From NCBI RefSeq assembly GCF_003334815.1, contig NZ_QOWO01000011.1: DNA of 64,000 bases; one strand, given 5' to 3'. Below the pieces are notes generated by a model, which worked only from the letters and a program-made list of their open reading frames with translations, did no database searches and was not told the DNA's origin. Of the stretch, positions 1-9,644 are shown piece by piece (the stretch's first letter is position 1; every line of letters starts with the position of its first letter). Both the position numbers and the translations under genes were made by a program. This stretch comes from Escherichia coli (GTDB taxonomy: Bacteria; Pseudomonadota; Gammaproteobacteria; Enterobacterales; Enterobacteriaceae).

Positions 1-552
<552 letters not shown>

Positions 553-556
553 ATAA

Positions 557-588
557 ACGGGAGGCGAAGGTGCCTCCCGTTTTGCTTT
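557..588. terminator. Hairpin terminator shared by convergent envZ and pck
   Basis: Stem acgggaggc (557-565) pairs with gcctcccgt (572-580) around a 6-nt loop. It is followed by tttgctttc on + and preceded by an A-rich run, which gives a T-run on the - strand. Confidence 0.7.
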
Positions 589-627
589 CTATAAGATACT
601 GGATAGATATTCTCCAGCTTCAAATCA

Positions 628-2250
628 TTACAGTTTCGGACCAGCCGCTACCAGCGCGGCACCCGCAGGGGTGTCGGTGTATTTATCGAAGTTGTCGATA
701 AACAGTTTCGCCAGGGTTTCGGCTTTTTCCTGCCACTGTTCCGGAGAAGCGTAGGTGTTACGCGGATCGAGAATCTTCGTGTCTACGCCCGGCAGTTCGG
801 TTGGGATCGCCAGGTTAAACATCGGCAGAGTGAAGGTTTCTGCATTATCCAGCGAACCGTTGAGGATGGCGTCGATAATGGCGCGGGTATCTTTAATCGA
901 GATACGTTTGCCAGTGCCGTTCCAGCCAGTGTTAACCAGATAAGCCTGCGCGCCCGCCGCCTGCATACGTTTCACCAGCACTTCTGCGTACTGAGTCGGG
1001 TGCAGCGACAGGAATGCCGCGCCGAAGCAAGCGGAGAAGGTTGGCGTCGGTTCGGTGATGCCACGCTCAGTACCGGCCAGTTTGGCGGTGAAGCCAGAGA
1101 GGAAGTGATACTGGGTTTGATCGGCAGTCAGGCGAGAAACCGGCGGCAACACGCCGAAAGCATCAGCAGTCAGGAAGATAACCTTAGTCGCGTGGCCCGC
1201 TTTGGAAACCGGCTTAACAATGTTATCGATGTGATAGATCGGATAAGAAACGCGGGTGTTCTCGGTTTTTGAACCATCATCAAAGTCGATAGTGCCATCT
1301 TCACGCACGGTGACGTTTTCCAGCAACGCATCACGACGGATAGCGTTGTAGATTTCAGGTTCCGCTTCTTTCGACAGCTTGATAGTTTTTGCGTAGCAGC
1401 CGCCTTCGAAGTTAAACACGCCGTCATCGTCCCAGCCGTGTTCGTCATCGCCAATCAGGCGACGTTTCGGGTCGGTGGAAAGGGTGGTTTTACCGGTGCC
1501 GGAAAGGCCGAAGAACACCGCAACATCGCCTTTCTCACCAACGTTGGCGGAGCAGTGCATAGAAGCGATACCTTTCAGCGGCAGCAGGTAGTTCATCATC
1601 GAGAACATCCCTTTCTTCATTTCGCCGCCGTACCAGGTGCCGCCAATCAGCTGCATGCGCTCGGTCAGGTTAAACGCCACGAAGTTTTCGGAGTTGAGAC
1701 CCTGTTCTTTCCACTGCGGGTTAGTGCACTTCGCGCCGTTCATAACGATAAAGTCTGGTTTGAAACCTGCCAGTTCTTCATCGCTCGGGCGAATAAACAT
1801 GTTTTTGACAAAATGCGCCTGCCAGGCCACTTCGGTGATGAAACGGACGGAAAGACGAGTATCCGGGTTCGCACCACAGAAAGCGTCGACAACGAACAGA
1901 CGTTTGCCGGAAAGCTGCCTGGTCACCAGGCCTTTCAGATGCTGCCAGGTTTCCGGAGAGAGAGGTTTGTTGTCGTTCTTACCTTTGCCTTTGTCTGCCC
2001 ACCAGAAAGTATCGCGAGTGGTATCGTCACGGACGATATACTTATCTTTTGGTGAACGACCGGTGAAGATCCCGGTATCGACGGCAACGGCACCCAGATT
2101 AGTTAACACCCCGCGCTCATAACCTGTCAGGCTCGGATCGAGCTCTTCCTGATACAGCAGGTCGTAGCTTGGGTTGTAAACGATATCATGTACGTCACTG
2201 ATACCATAAGCCTCGAGTTCTTGCGGGGTCAAACCATTGTTAACGCGCAT
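628..2250 (-). CDS. pck: Phosphoenolpyruvate carboxykinase (ATP)
   Basis: 540-aa product starts [17 protein letters not shown] and has the kinase-1a P-loop GLSGTGKTT. The 23-codon upstream extension in the ORF track was rejected; ATG at 2250. Confidence 0.97.
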   Translation of the reverse strand: MRVNNGLTPQELEAYGISDVHDIVYNPSYDLLYQEELDPSLTGYERGVLTNLGAVAVDTGIFTGRSPKDKYIVRDDTTRDTFWWADKGKGKNDNKPLSPETWQHLKGLVTRQLSGKRLFVVDAFCGANPDTRLSVRFITEVAWQAHFVKNMFIRPSDEELAGFKPDFIVMNGAKCTNPQWKEQGLNSENFVAFNLTERMQLIGGTWYGGEMKKGMFSMMNYLLPLKGIASMHCSANVGEKGDVAVFFGLSGTGKTTLSTDPKRRLIGDDEHGWDDDGVFNFEGGCYAKTIKLSKEAEPEIYNAIRRDALLENVTVREDGTIDFDDGSKTENTRVSYPIYHIDNIVKPVSKAGHATKVIFLTADAFGVLPPVSRLTADQTQYHFLSGFTAKLAGTERGITEPTPTFSACFGAAFLSLHPTQYAEVLVKRMQAAGAQAYLVNTGWNGTGKRISIKDTRAIIDAILNGSLDNAETFTLPMFNLAIPTELPGVDTKILDPRNTYASPEQWQEKAETLAKLFIDNFDKYTDTPAGAALVAAGPKL

Positions 2251-2628
2251 TTCACTGCTCCTTAGCCAATATGTATTGCCTGAATAGTAAAGTCTTTTTG
2301 GGGGTGTTAACCGCGACAAGGCTCATAGATTTACGTATCTGGAGAAATTCATATTTGACAAAAAACTCCGTGATTCCTGTCACGAAACGGTTGCTATTAT
2401 CGCAGAAATAGCATTTTAGGTGTGGAAAATGTTCTCAAAAGGTTAAATCTTGGTTTATATGGCGGGAATATTGTGAGTGGAATCGCATTCCTGAATGAAA
2501 TTGATGCAAATTCAACCGGTAAAGTATCGATTCACCACGCTAACTTTTTTTGATTATTTTCTGAAAAAAGCAAAATACTACTGCCCGGATGCGATAATTA
2601 ACCCACCTTTTGATTCTGGATAACCAAC

Positions 2629-4353
2629 ATGGATAACGTTGAACTTTCACCCGCAACACGCTGGGGGATGATTGCTACCGGATTACTTCAGGGTCTGGTT
2701 TGCTACCTGCTGATCGCCTGGCTTTCCGGAAAAAATCACAGTTGGATTGTTTATGGCGTGCCTGCGACCGTCGCGTTTTCATCCGTTTTACTCTTCTCCG
2801 TGATCTCTTTTAAACAGAAGCGCCTTTGGGGATGGCTGGCGCTAGTGTTTATTGCCACGCTGGGGATGAGCGGCTGGCTGAAGTGGCAAACTGATGGCAT
2901 GAACCCCTGGAGAGCTGAAAAGGCGCTTTGGGATTTTGGTTGCTATCTGCTGTTGATGGCAATGTTGTTGCTACCGTGGATACAACAAAGCCTTCGCATC
3001 CGCAATGACAGTAGCCGCTATCGCTATTTTTACCAGTCAGTATGGCATAACGTACTTATATTACTGGTGATTTTTCTCGCCAATGGCTTGACGTGGCTGG
3101 TGCTTTTACTGTGGAGTGAGTTGTTTAAACTTGTTGGCATCACGTTTTTCAATACGCTCTTTTTTGCAACCGACTGGTTTATTTATCTCACGTTAGGTCT
3201 GGTTACCGCGCTGGCGGTGATCCTCGCGCGAACACAGTCACGTTTAATCGACTCTATTCAAAAGTTGTTCACGTTAATCGCCACGGGGTTGCTGCCGTTA
3301 GTATCATTGCTAACCCTGATGTTTATCATCACCCTGCCGTTTACGGGCCTGAGCGCGATTTCTCGCCACATCTCCGCCGCCGGGTTGCTGTTGACGCTGG
3401 CCTTTTTGCAATTGATCTTAATGGCTATTGTCCGCGATCCGCAAAAAGCGTCACTTCCCTGGACAGGGCCGTTGCGTTGCCTGATTAAAACCGCTTTGCT
3501 GGTTGCTCCGCTGTATGTGTTCGTCGCCGCCTGGGCGTTATGGCTGCGGGTCGCTCAGTACGGCTGGACTGTCGACCGCTTGCAGGGCGTGCTGGCGGTG
3601 CTGGTGTTACTGGTGTGGTCGCTGGGGTATTTTGTCAGCATCGTCTGGCGTAAAGGGCAAAATCCCGTTGTTCTTCAGGGCAAAGTGAACCTTGCGGTTT
3701 CGTTATTGGTGTTGGTGATACTGGTGCTTCTTAATTCGCCGGTGCTGGACAGTATGCGCATTAGCGTGAACAGCCATATGGCGCGTTATCAGAGCGGCAA
3801 AAACACGTCAGACCAGGTAACTATCTACATGCTCGAGCAGAGCGGTCGCTATGGACGTGCTGCGCTTGAGTCGCTGAAAAGCGATGCCGGGTTTATGAAA
3901 GACCCGAAACGCGCGCGGGATCTGCTGATGGCGTTAGATGGAGAGCAACATCTTCAGCAACAGGTATCGGAAAAAGTATTAGCCGATAATGTGTTAATTG
4001 CCCCTGGTTCTGTTAAACCTGATGCGACATTCTGGTCGGCCTTAATCCAGGATCGCTATAACGTGATGACCTGTATTGAAAAAGACGCCTGCGTCCTGGT
4101 CGAGCAAGATCTGAATAGTGATGGTCAGGCGGAGCGGATCCTGTTTGCTTTTAATGATGACAGAGTCATTGTCTATGGCTTTGACTCAGACAGAAAAGAA
4201 TGGGACGCGCTTGATATGAGTTTACTTCCGAACGAAATAACGAAAGAAAAATTACTCACAGCTGCGAAGGATGGAAAACTGGGGACGAAGCCTAAAGCGT
4301 GGCGCGATCTTGTAGTGGATGGTGAAAGGCTGAATGTGAATCTGAATGAGTGA
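2629..4353 (+). CDS. yhgE: Polytopic inner-membrane protein of unknown function with a soluble C-terminal domain
   Basis: 574-aa ORF. The N-terminal ~380 aa are a series of hydrophobic helices and the C-terminal ~190 aa are hydrophilic. Recognised as YhgE. Confidence 0.85.
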
Positions 4354-4383
4354 CAAAGCGCATCAGGTGTATTAGTCGTAAAA

Positions 4384-4407
4384 TCCGGCAGAGCCCTCTC
4401 TGCCGGA
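4384..4407. terminator. Hairpin between convergent yhgE and hslO
   Basis: tccggcagag (4384-4393) pairs with ctctgccgga (4398-4407) around a 4-nt loop. The flanking T/A runs are weak. Confidence 0.5.
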
Positions 4408-4415
4408 CATACTCA

Positions 4416-5294
4416 TTAATGAACTTGCGGATCTGCCGGAGACGCGTTGTTGCGGATTTCAGCAATATCCATCGCATTGAACAGATAGTGGTTACCGCAG
4501 TAATCACAATGCATGTCAATTTCGCCATCTTCCGCCAGGATGCTATCAACTTCTTCATCAGGCAGCGTTTTCAGCGCATCGGCGCAACGTTCACGCGAGC
4601 AGGTGCATTTGAACTCCACATCCTGCGGATCGTAAACCGTCACCTCTTCTTCGTGATACAAACGCCACAACACTTCGTTTGCCGGTAAGGTCAGCAGTTC
4701 TTCGGTTTTGATGGTTTCGGTTAGCGTCGCCAGGTGGTCAAAGTCGTCCTGCTGGGCATTTTGCGCAGGCATTACCTGCAACAACATACCGCCTGCAGCC
4801 GGTTTGCCGTCTACGTCGCCGGTGCGAATAAACAGGCGCGTCGGCAGCTGTTCAGAACGCATAAAGTAATCTTCCAGGCAGGCCGCCAGGGTATCACCTT
4901 CCAGACCAACTACGCCCTGATAGCGTTCGCCTTCGCTCGGGGTAATGGTGATCACCACGTAACCATTGCCGACCAGCGTTTTCAGGTCGGCATTTTCTGG
5001 AATTTCGCCCTGCACGCGCGCCACACCGCGCATCTGCTGGTTATTGTTACCGTTAATAACCGCCAGATTCATCGGACCGTCGCCCTGCAGCTGTACGGTG
5101 ATATCACCATCAAACTTCAGCGTAGCGGTTAACAGGCTGGTCGCAACCAGCAGTTCTGCCAGCACGTTTTTAACGGGCTGCGGATAATCGTGGTTCTCAA
5201 GGATCTGTTGCAGGGTTTCCGAAACGGTTACCAGTTCGCCGCGCACGGCAAAGTTTTCAAACAGATAGCGATGTAATTGGTCATGTTGCGGCAT
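4416..5294 (-). CDS. hslO: Redox-regulated chaperone Hsp33
   Basis: The translation has the C-terminal zinc centre CTCSRERC...CDYCGNHY. Start chosen at MPQHDQ (292 aa); an in-frame ATG two codons upstream (5300) is possible. Confidence 0.93.
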   Translation of the reverse strand: MPQHDQLHRYLFENFAVRGELVTVSETLQQILENHDYPQPVKNVLAELLVATSLLTATLKFDGDITVQLQGDGPMNLAVINGNNNQQMRGVARVQGEIPENADLKTLVGNGYVVITITPSEGERYQGVVGLEGDTLAACLEDYFMRSEQLPTRLFIRTGDVDGKPAAGGMLLQVMPAQNAQQDDFDHLATLTETIKTEELLTLPANEVLWRLYHEEEVTVYDPQDVEFKCTCSRERCADALKTLPDEEVDSILAEDGEIDMHCDYCGNHYLFNAMDIAEIRNNASPADPQVH

Positions 5295-5318
5295 AATCAT
5301 CTCTCTTGCAGGTGACAG

Positions 5319-5720
5319 TTATTCACTGTCGCCGTGTTTAAATCGTAACAGGTCGCGGCGCTCTTTTTTGTCCGGGCGTCGGTCCGGGTGCGGCATGGTT
5401 AAGGCATTAAGTTTACGTGCCAGCGCCATTTTTTCGCGTTTCTCTACACTTTCCGCAGTCTCTTCATACAGCAAGGCTGCCTCGCTGGCGGGGCGACGCT
5501 GTTCAGTAATCGCCTTTACAATCACCGTGCGTTCGTCATTTCCCTGGCGCAGAGTGAGCGTGGCATTCAGCTCGACGATTTTGCTCGGCTTGCTGCGCTG
5601 CCCGTTGTAATGCACCTTACCGCCTTCAATCATTTCACGGGCCAGCGCGCGGGTTTTATAAAAACGGGCAGCCCATAGCCATTTATCCAGTCGAACCTCA
5701 ACAGCAGGTTTCTCTTTCAT
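5319..5720 (-). CDS. hslR: Heat-shock protein Hsp15, S4-like RNA-binding domain
   Basis: 133-aa ORF starting MKEKPAVEVRLDKWLWAARFYKTRALA, which is an S4-domain signature. Sits 24 nt upstream of hslO. Confidence 0.93.
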   Translation of the reverse strand: MKEKPAVEVRLDKWLWAARFYKTRALAREMIEGGKVHYNGQRSKPSKIVELNATLTLRQGNDERTVIVKAITEQRRPASEAALLYEETAESVEKREKMALARKLNALTMPHPDRRPDKKERRDLLRFKHGDSE

Positions 5721-5730
5721 GGCGTCTCCT

Positions 5731-6399
5731 TCACATTAGCGAGGGGATCAGGCGGCGGTAGTCATTCAGTGACGGATGGCGTTGATACTGTTTCTCGGCA
5801 ATCCCGGAATCAGGATTAGTCACGCCGAGGCAGTAACGAATACCAAATTGCGCGGCAGCATCGAGAATCGCTTCGCTGTCATCAATAAACAGCGTTCTTT
5901 CAGCTTTCAGACCCGTAGCTTCGGCCACCGCATGCCATAACCGCTGATCCTCTTTCGGATAACCAAATGTGTGGGTGGAAAGTAATAAATCAAGGTGTGC
6001 GTCCAGACCGGTATGCTCAAGTTTTACCGCCAGGTTGTGCGGATGCGCATTGGTGAGCAAAATTCGCTGCTTACCGCTGGCTTTCAGTGCCTCAAGAAAC
6101 GGAATGGTATCTTCACGCAGTACGGCACGCGGTCCCATCTCGGTGGTCATCGCACAGATATCCAGACCCAGTTGCTCACTCCAGTAATCAAGACAGTACC
6201 AGTTTAGCGTATGCTGTACGTCGTGATATTGCTGGCGCATATATTCCATCGCTTCCTGTGGCGTAACCCCGTTTTTCGCGCCCCATGTTTCAGGCACCAG
6301 CTTTTGCCAGAAATAGTTATCGAAGGCGAGGTCGAGCAACGTGCCGTCCATATCCAGCAGAACGGTATCTACGTCCTGCCAGGCAATGTTGATATGCAT
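5731..6399 (-). CDS. yrfG: HAD-superfamily nucleotidase (GMP/IMP phosphatase)
   Basis: 222 aa starting MHINIAWQDVDTVLLDMDGTLLDL, which carries HAD motif I (DxDGT). The 15-codon upstream extension was rejected. Confidence 0.9.
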   Translation of the reverse strand: MHINIAWQDVDTVLLDMDGTLLDLAFDNYFWQKLVPETWGAKNGVTPQEAMEYMRQQYHDVQHTLNWYCLDYWSEQLGLDICAMTTEMGPRAVLREDTIPFLEALKASGKQRILLTNAHPHNLAVKLEHTGLDAHLDLLLSTHTFGYPKEDQRLWHAVAEATGLKAERTLFIDDSEAILDAAAQFGIRYCLGVTNPDSGIAEKQYQRHPSLNDYRRLIPSLM

Positions 6400-6463
6400 G
6401 AGGGAAATCTCCAGAGTGAAGCAATTTGCGCGACAGGGTAGCATAACCTGCCGCGCAAACGTG

Positions 6464-8599
6464 TTATTCGATAAGGCTTTCTGAAGGGGTGATCAGTTGC
6501 GGGTTCAGGCAGCTTTCATAATAGGCCTGAATCTCCATCATGCGAGTGCGATGACGCTGGTAACGACGCCAGGCCTGTACGCCATTGTAAATGGCGCTAC
6601 CCAGCATCGTCAGTAGCAGCAATGTGGTGCTGAGATAGCGCCACAGGCCGGAACGATCCGGGATCGGATGAAGGCCAATATGCTGCGTACCATTGGCGTC
6701 AGTGAAGATTTTTGTGACGATACCCTCGGCGTTAAACGGCGTATGCATCAGCATTTGTGCCAGTTTCTGGAAAGCGTTCCACTGTTCTTGCGGCGGGTAG
6801 TCGTAAAGTGATGCCGAAGGCCAGGGCTGATCAACAAAATCGCTGCCTTCGTCGCTGACAATCAGGAATCCGCCGGGGGCCGGACTGTTTAGTGATTGTG
6901 CCGCTCGCGCCGTTTCATGCGTGATAAACGGCGCGGTGGAGGTTGCCACCAGGTTATCCAGCGATTCCGCACTCACCGGGCGTAATAACACATTCACGCC
7001 ATCGAGCTTCCCGGCGTTGGCGCGTTTTACCAGCGCGTCCCAGTCTTTACTGTTGCCGAGATTGACCAGCGCATTTTTCAGTCGCACACAGTCATCTTTG
7101 GCAGAACATAAATCCGCTGTCTTCAGTACAATGTCGCCAAAATCATCAAGCAATACCATGCCGGATTTTTGAATTGCTGAACGTAATGAGGCACTGACGC
7201 GAGATTCATCTTCCGGTTTAGGGTGCAGCTGGCGATTAACTGCTTCAGTCAATGCCGTCGCTTTGTTGACCAGTTCAGATTCTGGTAATGGCAATGAGCG
7301 GGCGTCGTTCCAGATGATCTGCGAGCAGTCAAACGGTAAAAAAGGTGAATTGGTTTTCGCGCTCCAGGTTCCGGAAGTTCGAATATTACACATTCCCGTA
7401 CCGCTAATACGCAATGTATCGCCTACCCGCACGCCAGCGTCAGCCAGTTGTTTTACGCTGGTGGCTTCAATGGTCTGCGCGCCTTTCATCCATGAGAGAG
7501 TGAATTTCAGCGGCATATCCAGCGGGATCCAGAATAACAGCATAAACAGCACCAGCAGCGAGCCCGCAGCGATAATCGTACTGCGCAGCCAGTGCTGTAA
7601 CGGAAAGTTTTTTACTTCATCATGCAGCGAAAGATATCGTCCCTGACGCACTACATGGCGGTCGAGATAGATATCGATATCGGTTTGTTGACCGAGATCC
7701 TGAGCAATGTATGGCTGCCAGTGTGCGGGATAGACCAGGTCGATAATACCGAGTGAAATATTGTTGATCTGTTCCTGATCGTTTTCGCCAAACAATCCCC
7801 AACGACGGGGTGTACCGCGCAGACAATGAATTTCCCGCAGGGAGGATTTTGCCGGGGGCGCGAATAGCCCCCACAGACCTGCGCCCAGCAGCAGTAACGC
7901 GCCGCCTGCCAGCCACGGAACAAATACATCCGGGGTAATCAGGCAGAAAAAGAACATCAGGAAGGAGGCGACGATCAGCAACGCTTCACGCAGCCCGCGC
8001 GGACGACTCAGCGCATATTCTTCATGCGTTTCTTTGCGAATATTGAGTAGCTCGATTTGCTCACTCTCTTCCCCGCGAATCGACGCCTGCGTTGACGGAA
8101 CAGGTTGCAAGGCATAGCTGCGAGTTTCCTGCATGTACTCCTGCAGCGTATGACCGTTGAGTGAAATAACCAGCGGCAGCGAATCGGTATGAATCAGTTC
8201 AACGGTATTCTCATCGTTGATGTACTGTTCCCAGAAAGGGGGCAGGTGGACTTCTACCGAATCGAGGTAGTAACGCCATTTATTCGGATCGTCGGTAGAG
8301 ATGCCGTAACGCGTGATAGCGTGTGTCAGCATCATGACGTTGTTGCTTTCGGCATTCAGCGCCAGAGAGATCGGTGCCGCGCTGGCTCCCGTTGGGCCAG
8401 GCACCTGTAATACCTGCGTCAGGCTCTCAAGATAATTTTCAACGGCGCTACGTTCTTCAGGTGTGAGTTTACGCGTTTGCGCATCCGCGAAGGCGTTGGT
8501 CCAGGGCAGCTGACGCCGTCTGGATCGCACTTTTATCAGCCATCCCGCAAGTAGTGAGCAGGCCAGCAAAGCAGCTAAAAAAATCACAATGGTGCTCAT
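6464..8599 (-). CDS. igaA: Inner-membrane repressor of the Rcs phosphorelay (IgaA/YrfF)
   Basis: 711-aa ORF with an N-terminal TM segment, internal TM segments and a large periplasmic region. Recognised as IgaA. Confidence 0.9.
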   Translation of the reverse strand: MSTIVIFLAALLACSLLAGWLIKVRSRRRQLPWTNAFADAQTRKLTPEERSAVENYLESLTQVLQVPGPTGASAAPISLALNAESNNVMMLTHAITRYGISTDDPNKWRYYLDSVEVHLPPFWEQYINDENTVELIHTDSLPLVISLNGHTLQEYMQETRSYALQPVPSTQASIRGEESEQIELLNIRKETHEEYALSRPRGLREALLIVASFLMFFFCLITPDVFVPWLAGGALLLLGAGLWGLFAPPAKSSLREIHCLRGTPRRWGLFGENDQEQINNISLGIIDLVYPAHWQPYIAQDLGQQTDIDIYLDRHVVRQGRYLSLHDEVKNFPLQHWLRSTIIAAGSLLVLFMLLFWIPLDMPLKFTLSWMKGAQTIEATSVKQLADAGVRVGDTLRISGTGMCNIRTSGTWSAKTNSPFLPFDCSQIIWNDARSLPLPESELVNKATALTEAVNRQLHPKPEDESRVSASLRSAIQKSGMVLLDDFGDIVLKTADLCSAKDDCVRLKNALVNLGNSKDWDALVKRANAGKLDGVNVLLRPVSAESLDNLVATSTAPFITHETARAAQSLNSPAPGGFLIVSDEGSDFVDQPWPSASLYDYPPQEQWNAFQKLAQMLMHTPFNAEGIVTKIFTDANGTQHIGLHPIPDRSGLWRYLSTTLLLLTMLGSAIYNGVQAWRRYQRHRTRMMEIQAYYESCLNPQLITPSESLIE

Positions 8600-8918
8600 G
8601 CTTTCCCCATCTTACTTAGTCTGTCAGGCGTGGTCAGTCGCACCGGACACAATACATGATTCTGCGGTTGGCTATCGGCAAGCGTGGAGTTTAACTTGAG
8701 CATCATTAAGCACATCACAGTAACCGCTGATCATAGCAAACCCTCTGAAGGCGGAATATCAGCAAATTCCTGGAGTTATTTCAACCTATTGACTTTTAAT
8801 TTGATTTGAGGACGATTATTTATTAAGTTACATAAATGTAAATAACATGCAATTCACATTGCCGAAAGCGTGTCCGATATCGCACAATAACCGCTGATTT
8901 CACAGCATAGATCCCACG

Positions 8919-9479
8919 ATGAGCAAATCATTACAAAAACCCACCATTCTGAATGTTGAAACTGTAGCCCGTTCCCGACTGTTTACCGTCGAGAGCGTGG
9001 ATCTGGAGTTCAGCAATGGCGTGCGGCGTGTTTATGAACGAATGCGTCCAACCAACCGGGAAGCAGTGATGATTGTGCCGATTGTGGACGATCACCTGAT
9101 CCTGATCCGCGAATACGCAGTGGGAACTGAATCCTACGAATTAGGTTTTTCGAAAGGATTAATTGATCCGGGTGAAAGCGTCTACGAAGCCGCTAACCGC
9201 GAGCTAAAAGAAGAGGTTGGATTTGGAGCGAACGATCTGACTTTTTTGAAGAAGCTCAGCATGGCACCGTCTTACTTTTCCAGCAAAATGAATATCGTGG
9301 TAGCGCAAGATCTCTACCCGGAATCACTGGAAGGCGATGAGCCAGAGCCGCTACCACAGGTGCGCTGGCCGCTGGCGCATATGATGGATTTGCTGGAAGA
9401 CCCTGACTTCAATGAAGCGCGCAATGTCAGTGCGCTGTTCCTCGTGCGCGAATGGTTGAAAGGGCAGGGGCGAGTGTAA
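8919..9479 (+). CDS. nudE: ADP-compounds Nudix hydrolase
   Basis: 186 aa with the Nudix box GLIDPGESVYEAANRELKEEVGF. Confidence 0.93.
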   Translation: MSKSLQKPTILNVETVARSRLFTVESVDLEFSNGVRRVYERMRPTNREAVMIVPIVDDHLILIREYAVGTESYELGFSKGLIDPGESVYEAANRELKEEVGFGANDLTFLKKLSMAPSYFSSKMNIVVAQDLYPESLEGDEPEPLPQVRWPLAHMMDLLEDPDFNEARNVSALFLVREWLKGQGRV

Positions 9480-9492
9480 ATGCGTGAAGTTT

Positions 9493-9590
9493 GCCTGATG
9501 CACAATGTTTATCAGGCTTATGGGGTTTCTGCAATTTATTGAGTTTTCACGATTTTGTTAGCCGGATAACGCGTTCACGCCGTATCCGGC
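9493..9590. repeat. REP-like palindromic units between nudE and mrcA
   Basis: Two palindromes: gcctgatgcacaatgtttatcaggc (9493-9517) and gccggataacgcgttcacgccgtatccggc (9561-9590). Both are typical REP stems. Confidence 0.6.
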
Positions 9591-9619
9591 ATAAACAAGT
9601 GCACTTTGTCAGCAAACTG

Positions 9620-9643
9620 AAAAGGCGCCGAAGCGCCTTTTTA
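9620..9643. terminator. Bidirectional intrinsic terminator (nudE / mrcA)
   Basis: aaaaggcgc-cgaa-gcgcctttt, a GC stem flanked by an A-run and a T-run. It lies immediately 3' of the mrcA stop (9645). Confidence 0.8.
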
Positions 9644-9644
9644 A

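Noticed and set aside
628-2319. Longer N-terminal versions of many track ORFs (pck, yrfG, hofM, hofP, aroK, yhfY, yhfU, frlR, frlC, frlB, frlA, yheO, rpsL)
   Set aside because: The extensions lack SD sequences, overlap upstream genes or terminators, and precede internal starts that match the recognised mature N-termini.
2472-2487. CRP-like sequence tgtga-gtggaa-tcgca upstream of pck
   Set aside because: It has one good half-site only, and I could not verify its position relative to the pck transcription start. That is too weak to list as a feature.
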